Below, one piece after another: positions 58,503 to 64,000 of a stretch of DNA of 64,000 nucleotides. Position 1 is the stretch's first letter. Each line of letters begins with the position of its first letter. The stretch is from the NCBI GenBank assembly GCA_963692865.2, contig OY843592.1:2944001-3008000 (forward strand), in the 5' to 3' direction. The notes under the pieces are model-generated. The model saw only the letters and a program-made list of their open reading frames with translations, was not told the DNA's origin and made no database searches. Made by a program: the position numbers and the translations under genes. The stretch is from a bacterium. GTDB taxonomy: Bacteria; UBA8248.

Positions 58503-59336
58503 ATGTTTCAGTTCTTGGCCGAACGCAAAAGCTTAGCCCTCCTCTCAGGGTTGTTTATCGTTTGCTTCACGCTTATGACGCTGAGCTTGCGCTTTCGGGG
58601 TCAATCCACTTTATTCGAAAGAGCGCTTTTCTCCCTCGTCGGTTCGATCACTCAGGTTGCCGACACACCCAGAAAATGGTCGGTCGAACTCTGGCAAAAA
58701 TACCTGCTCTTCAGGAACGCGCATGAAGAAAACATCGTGTTAAGACGAAAGCTGGAATCACTCGCTACGCAGCATGCCCAGATACAGGAATTGAAATCGG
58801 AAATCGCGCGCCTCGAGAAATTGCTCGGCGCATCGCAGAATCTGGAGGCGCCCGTTCGCCTCGCCCGAATCATTGCCCGCGACAGAAGCATCTATGGAGA
58901 ATCGCTGCTGGTAGACCTCGGTACCCGGGACGGCCTGCAAAAGAACATGCCGGTCATGCACCAAGCGGGCCTCGTGGGAAGAATCTCGCGCGTAGGCAAC
59001 AACGTAAGTCAGGTTTTGACTCTGCTCGATTCGAGAAGCGCCGTCAATGTCATCGCCCAGCGTTCGCGCGCGCAAGGTGTTTTCTCCATCTCCTCCAAAG
59101 GAGAAAGTGAGGTGCGCTACATGCCGCTTCACTTGGAAATGAAACGCGGAGCTCTGCTCGTCTCCTCCGGGTTGGGGGGTATTTTTCCAAAAGGCCTCCC
59201 CGTGGCCCATATTACGGAAATCAAAAACGCAAGAGGGTTGTTCCTGAAAATCAAGGCCAAGGCGATCGTGGATTTTTCAAACTTGGAAGAAGTGATGATC
59301 CTGATGACGAAGCCCAAGGAAAATCCCTGGAAATGA
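58503..59336 (+). CDS. mreC: Rod shape-determining protein MreC
   Basis: TM, coiled coil, GLVGRI and SGLGGIFPKG; operon position. Confidence 0.95.
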   Translation: MFQFLAERKSLALLSGLFIVCFTLMTLSLRFRGQSTLFERALFSLVGSITQVADTPRKWSVELWQKYLLFRNAHEENIVLRRKLESLATQHAQIQELKSEIARLEKLLGASQNLEAPVRLARIIARDRSIYGESLLVDLGTRDGLQKNMPVMHQAGLVGRISRVGNNVSQVLTLLDSRSAVNVIAQRSRAQGVFSISSKGESEVRYMPLHLEMKRGALLVSSGLGGIFPKGLPVAHITEIKNARGLFLKIKAKAIVDFSNLEEVMILMTKPKENPWK

Positions 59337-59854
59337 TTGTTTTATTTTATATTCTACTCGCCGTTCTGACAATTGCCATACACACGTCGGTGGCGGAGTA
59401 TTTCTCCATCTGGATCGGCGCCAAGCCGGACGCCATGCTCCTTGCGACAGTTTTCCTGGGTCTGCGTCATGACAGGGAGACCGGACTCACGGGAGGATTC
59501 ATCCTCGGAATTTTCGAGGACGTGCTCTCGGGGGGCTTGCTGGGTTTCAACGCGCTCCTCAAAGGGCTGATTGGTCATTACACGGGCGGACTGAAACCCA
59601 ACGTGACGGCGCGTTTCGTCGTATTCCACGGCGCGGTGGCGTTTTTCGCCTCTCTATTCAACATCTTGTTTTCTTTCATTCTTGTGCAGATATTTCTGCC
59701 CGATCAACCTCCAACCACCGGTTATTGGATGGATGCGATCGAGACGGCGGGTCTGAATACCGTTTTGGCACCGTTCGTCATCAGCCTTTTCGGAAAAATG
59801 CAAGACAAGATGCTGCCATCCGAAACGGGCACACCCTACCCGGAACGAGCCTGA
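59333..59854 (+). CDS. mreD: Rod shape-determining protein MreD
   Basis: Hydrophobic protein with KPD and G..EDVLSG motifs; operon position. Confidence 0.9.
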   Translation: MIVLFYILLAVLTIAIHTSVAEYFSIWIGAKPDAMLLATVFLGLRHDRETGLTGGFILGIFEDVLSGGLLGFNALLKGLIGHYTGGLKPNVTARFVVFHGAVAFFASLFNILFSFILVQIFLPDQPPTTGYWMDAIETAGLNTVLAPFVISLFGKMQDKMLPSETGTPYPERA

Positions 59855-59855
59855 G

Positions 59856-61757
59856 ATGAAAGAGTGGCAATTCAACTCGAATCCCGAAACGAGCGATGCG
59901 CTCAAACGCCGCGTTCTCATATTCGGCGCCTGCTTCGGCGTCGTCTTCTTCGGCTTGTTCATCAGACTCTGGAACCTTCAAGTGATCCAGGGAGTAAAAT
60001 TTCGTTCCCTCTCTGAAGACAACCGAATCGCCTACCGTCTCGTACAAAGCCCCAGGGGCATGGTGTTCGACTCGAAGGGAAAACTGCTTGCGGACAACCG
60101 CGCGTCGTTTAATATTTATCTGATTCGGGAAAACGTGAAAAATCTGAAACGGACGATTCGCCTGCTGGCCGAAATCACGGGTCAACCCTTTGAGGAACTC
60201 TACAAAAGAACCCGGAATGCGAATCCTTTCCGGCCGTTTCTGATCCAGGCGGACATCAGCCGGAACACCATGGCCTTCCTGGAGGAGAACAAGCCCGATT
60301 ATCCCGGCGTATTCGTTCAGGTGACGCCGCTCAGGCAATACCCCTCCAAGGATCGGGCGAGCCACCTTCTGGGTTACATGGGCGAAGTCAGCAACCGGCA
60401 GTTGCAAAACCTGAAAAAACAAAACTACCGGCAGGGAGATCTCCTGGGCCAATACGGAGTAGAGCGGACCCAGGAAAAATTCCTGCGTGGGCAAAGCGGC
60501 TTCAAGCAGGTAGAGGTGGACGCCTACGGAAGAGAATTGCGCGTCATCCGCCCCTTTGTGGAAAAACCCGGGAACAACATCTATTTGACAATTGACATAA
60601 AACTCCAGGAAAAGGCGGAGGAGTTGTTCCAAGCGCATGAAGGCAGCATCGTCATTCTCGACCCCTCGGACGGCGCCATTTTGGCCATGGTGAGCAAACC
60701 GTCGTTCAACCCGAACATCTTCGCCGGAGGCATCAACGCCAAAGACTGGCAAGGTCTCACGGAAAACCCCCTGAAACCCCTCGAGAACAGGGCCATCCGC
60801 GGACAGTACCCCCCCGGCTCGATTTTCAAGATCGTAATGGGTTTCGCGATTCTGAACGAGAAAATCGCGCGCTCCGATAAAAAAATACGCTGCCACGGCT
60901 CGTTTCCATTCGGGAAAAGGATATTCCATGACTGGAAAAAAGGAGGGCACGGGCCTATAGACTTCGTCCAATCTCTGGCCCAGAGTTGCGACGTCTACTA
61001 CTACACCAACGGCCACAAGCTGGGCATCAAGAGAATCGCGCGTTACGCGCGCATGTTCGGCCTGGGTTCGCCCACCGGTTTCGGAGCCGCCGAAAAAGGG
61101 GGGCTCGTGCCGTCGGACGCCTGGAAGCGCCGCCGATTCAAGGAAAGATGGTATGAGGGCGAGACGATCAGCGTATCCATCGGCCAGGGCTTCAACCTGA
61201 TCACACCCATGCAGGCCGCCAACCTTATCGCCACCGTGGCGAACGGCGGTCATCTCTGGAAACCCTATATCGTGAAAAAAGTGATGAGCCCGGGCGGAAG
61301 GACGTTTTTCGAAGCCAGTCCCCGACTCATTCGCAAGATTCCAATACCCCAGGAAATTTTCCAGAAAGTTCGAGAAGGTCTCAAAGAAGTCGTCCATGGC
61401 GAAAAGGGCACAGCGAAAAAAGCCCGATTACCGGGCATCTTTATGGCCGGCAAGACGGGCACCGCCCAGACAGTCGGCCTCAAACACACGGGCCGCAAAA
61501 GGAAACCCGAAGAATTGCCGCGCAAATTTCGGGACCATGGCTGGTTCGTCGCATTCGCCCCCTACGAAAATCCCAGCATTGCGATCGCCATTTTGGGGGA
61601 AAACGCCGGCAGACCGGGGTCTTTTTTCGCCCCGTATGCAAAAGAGTTGATTTCTTTTTATCTCGGAAAAAACGATAAACAGATTCTGGCCTCAAACAAA
61701 ACAAGGGAAGAAAAACCATCCCCTCCGAACAACCGGACTGTGGGAGAGCGCAGATGA
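59856..61757 (+). CDS. mrdA: Penicillin-binding protein 2
   Basis: PGSIFK, SCD and GKTGT transpeptidase motifs. Confidence 0.96.
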   Translation: MKEWQFNSNPETSDALKRRVLIFGACFGVVFFGLFIRLWNLQVIQGVKFRSLSEDNRIAYRLVQSPRGMVFDSKGKLLADNRASFNIYLIRENVKNLKRTIRLLAEITGQPFEELYKRTRNANPFRPFLIQADISRNTMAFLEENKPDYPGVFVQVTPLRQYPSKDRASHLLGYMGEVSNRQLQNLKKQNYRQGDLLGQYGVERTQEKFLRGQSGFKQVEVDAYGRELRVIRPFVEKPGNNIYLTIDIKLQEKAEELFQAHEGSIVILDPSDGAILAMVSKPSFNPNIFAGGINAKDWQGLTENPLKPLENRAIRGQYPPGSIFKIVMGFAILNEKIARSDKKIRCHGSFPFGKRIFHDWKKGGHGPIDFVQSLAQSCDVYYYTNGHKLGIKRIARYARMFGLGSPTGFGAAEKGGLVPSDAWKRRRFKERWYEGETISVSIGQGFNLITPMQAANLIATVANGGHLWKPYIVKKVMSPGGRTFFEASPRLIRKIPIPQEIFQKVREGLKEVVHGEKGTAKKARLPGIFMAGKTGTAQTVGLKHTGRKRKPEELPRKFRDHGWFVAFAPYENPSIAIAILGENAGRPGSFFAPYAKELISFYLGKNDKQILASNKTREEKPSPPNNRTVGERR

Positions 61758-62896
61758 AAGGCATGGCTCCTTCTCAGTCATCCCCTTTTCGGCGAGCCCT
61801 CTCGCAAGTGGACTGGCTACTCGTTCTAGTTACGCTTTTGCTCAGCTTGACAGGTATTTTCATGATATACAGCGCGATTCATTCCAACCCCGCTTTTCTT
61901 AAGAATTCCCTGCATCTCAAACAAGCGCTGTGGTCATCCATTGGGTTATGCGTATTGCTTTGTATCCTCATTTTCGACTACCACTTCTTTACACGATGGG
62001 CCTATTTTTTTTACGCCCTCGTCATCGTTCTGCTCATCGCCGTCCTCTTCTCGGGACAGGTTGTCTACGGCGCGAAACGCTGGCTCGTTTTCGGCCCCTT
62101 GCGGCTGCAACCCTCCGAACTGGCGCGCCTGGCGGTCATTCTCGTGCTGGCCAGATATTTCGGCTCTCAGGGAGAAGAAGAACCCATGGGCTTCAAAAAG
62201 CTCGCCCCGGCGTTTCTTCTGGCGCTCGCACCGGTGTTGCTGATTGTCCGGCAACCCGATTTGGGTACCGGGCTCACGGTCCTCCTGATAGCGGGTGCTA
62301 TGGTTCTGGTCGTCGGCGTCAAACAAAGAGTCCTCATCATCATCGGGAGCGTGGCGCTCGCGTGCGCGCCCTTGGGCTGGTTCTTTCTCAAAGAATACCA
62401 GCGCCGTCGTATTTTGACGCTGTTTAACCCGGACGCCGACCCTCTCGGAGCCGGCTATCAGAGCATGCAAAGCATCATCGCCGTCGGCAGCGGAGAATTC
62501 TGGGGCAAAGGACTCCTACAGGGGACGCAGAGCAGGCTTCACTTCCTGCCGGAGAAACACACCGATTTCATTTTTTCCGTGCTGAGCGAAGAGTTGGGTT
62601 TTATCGGCAGCGTCACAGTTCTGGCGTTGTTCTCCATTTTCATTCTACGGTGTCTGAGCGCAGCGCTGAACGCCGCCGACAAGGAGGGCGCCCTGATCGC
62701 CGTAGGCGTCACCACGGCGTTTTTCCTCTACATCATCTTCAATATCGGGATGACACTCGGCCTGATGCCAATTGTCGGAATCCCGCTCCCCTTGGTCAGC
62801 TACGGGGGGAGCGCCTCCATCTCATCTTTCATCGCCATCGGTCTGGTCTTGAGCGTCGGCATGAGAAGAAAAAGCTTTACCCCCGTGTTCGGCTAA
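61754..62896 (+). CDS. rodA: Rod shape-determining protein RodA
   Basis: GAKRWL, QPSE, QPDLGT, LPEKHTDFIF and PLVSYGGS. Confidence 0.96.
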   Translation: MKGMAPSQSSPFRRALSQVDWLLVLVTLLLSLTGIFMIYSAIHSNPAFLKNSLHLKQALWSSIGLCVLLCILIFDYHFFTRWAYFFYALVIVLLIAVLFSGQVVYGAKRWLVFGPLRLQPSELARLAVILVLARYFGSQGEEEPMGFKKLAPAFLLALAPVLLIVRQPDLGTGLTVLLIAGAMVLVVGVKQRVLIIIGSVALACAPLGWFFLKEYQRRRILTLFNPDADPLGAGYQSMQSIIAVGSGEFWGKGLLQGTQSRLHFLPEKHTDFIFSVLSEELGFIGSVTVLALFSIFILRCLSAALNAADKEGALIAVGVTTAFFLYIIFNIGMTLGLMPIVGIPLPLVSYGGSASISSFIAIGLVLSVGMRRKSFTPVFG

Positions 62897-64000
62897 CTGC
62901 CCTTCTCCCCGTATTCTCTCTCTCCCGGAGGCGGAGACGCGAAACTGTTCCCGATGGCGACCACGGCCTCTCGTCCGCCGTGCCGCTCGACCAGCGCCGC
63001 CTGCTCCGCCTTGGCGCGCCTGTCCACCTCCTCGGGGTCGAGGACGCGCAAAAGCCGCGCTTCGAGTTCCGCGAGAACGGATTGGTGCGCGGGACTCCTG
63101 GAGATGTCGCATCGCTCTTCGGGGTCGTCTTCCAGATCGAAGAACTCGGGTTCGTATCCCACGTAGTGGATATACTTGTAGCGCCCGCGGCGAATCATGA
63201 ACATTCCCGTCTTTGCGCCGAGGGCATGAAACTCGCTGAAAATCTCGCGCTCCGGGTCGTCGGGTTCGTTCGCGAGTTGGAAAAGGGAATCCCCATGCAA
63301 CCGTTCTTCCTCATCATTATCGAGCACGCCAGCGCAATCGAGCGCGGTGGGATACAAATCGACGAGCGAGACCGGCGTTCGAGACATCTTGCCCCCCGGA
63401 ACGCCCGGTCCCGAGACGATGAGAGGGACGGAAACGGATTCCTCGTACATGGTGGATTTTCCCCAAAGGCCGCGCTCGCCCAGATTGTCCCCGTGATCGC
63501 TGGCGAAGAGCACCCGCGTATTTTCACTGAAACCCGACTCCTCCAAGACGTTCAGGATTTTTCCGACGTTCGAATCCACAAAGCTGATCATGGCGAAATA
63601 AGACGCCAGAGCGACGCGGCGCTTGTGGTCATCGAAATAAATATCGTACGGGGCGCATTCGTGAAGCGCCGCAATCCACGGGTGCCAATCGTAACCGCCC
63701 GAAGGATGCGGCTTGGGCAGAGGAATGTCTTCCAGCGAATAGTGTTCGTAAAACTCGGGCGGCCCGATGAAGGGAAAATGCGGGCACGTGAGGGAGACGA
63801 ACAACGCCCAGGGCCGTTCGCCGTGCTTGGGCGCTTCGTGAGCTATCCACTCGCAGGCCAAATCCGTGATTTGCCCGTCATATGCAATGTATTTCGAGTC
63901 TCCCGGCCCGATGCGCTCGGCCATCCACTCCGGATTGTTCCTGGGAGGCAGGCCCTTCTCATCGCGAACCGCGCTGTGGATATCACCTATTCCACCTTTG
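62893..64000 (-). CDS. Sulfatase (choline-sulfatase-like), 5' end outside window
   Basis: PHFP, SDHGDNLGERGLWGKS.MYEES and FFDLEDDPEE. Confidence 0.88.
   Translation of the reverse strand, partial: KGGIGDIHSAVRDEKGLPPRNNPEWMAERIGPGDSKYIAYDGQITDLACEWIAHEAPKHGERPWALFVSLTCPHFPFIGPPEFYEHYSLEDIPLPKPHPSGGYDWHPWIAALHECAPYDIYFDDHKRRVALASYFAMISFVDSNVGKILNVLEESGFSENTRVLFASDHGDNLGERGLWGKSTMYEESVSVPLIVSGPGVPGGKMSRTPVSLVDLYPTALDCAGVLDNDEEERLHGDSLFQLANEPDDPEREIFSEFHALGAKTGMFMIRRGRYKYIHYVGYEPEFFDLEDDPEERCDISRSPAHQSVLAELEARLLRVLDPEEVDRRAKAEQAALVERHGGREAVVAIGNSFASPPPGEREYGEKGS

Overview
High-GC bacterial chromosomal window, mostly housekeeping and accessory metabolism: rodZ-like (partial), aroF with an attenuator, CCA-adding enzyme, pyrR, arcC, ilvE, thiD, glgP, ppiD, mreBCD-mrdA-rodA and tRNA-Glu(CTC). 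No CRISPR array, rRNA, integrase or transposase was seen. Main observations: (1) a cysK-Ubl-E1-cysM-JAB-E1-Rrf2 sulfur-carrier operon whose two ThiF/MoeB genes have complementary defects, suggesting a heterodimeric E1 like the eukaryotic ones; (2) a coupled Rid-yqeB-AAA+-vWA-yqeC-xdhC operon, a candidate machine for inserting selenium into molybdo-enzymes, with a frameshifted vWA gene; (3) two selenoproteins that the ORF track splits at an in-frame UGA, each followed by a SECIS-like hairpin; (4) six intergenic mosaics in which MITE-like elements (some with 5-bp TSDs) carry REP-like doublets and also insert into them; (5) a two-ATPase, 43-aa-TPR, NLR-like locus; (6) a Phe/Tyr-rich leader-peptide attenuator upstream of aroF. 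All calls come from motif reading by eye; no searches were run.
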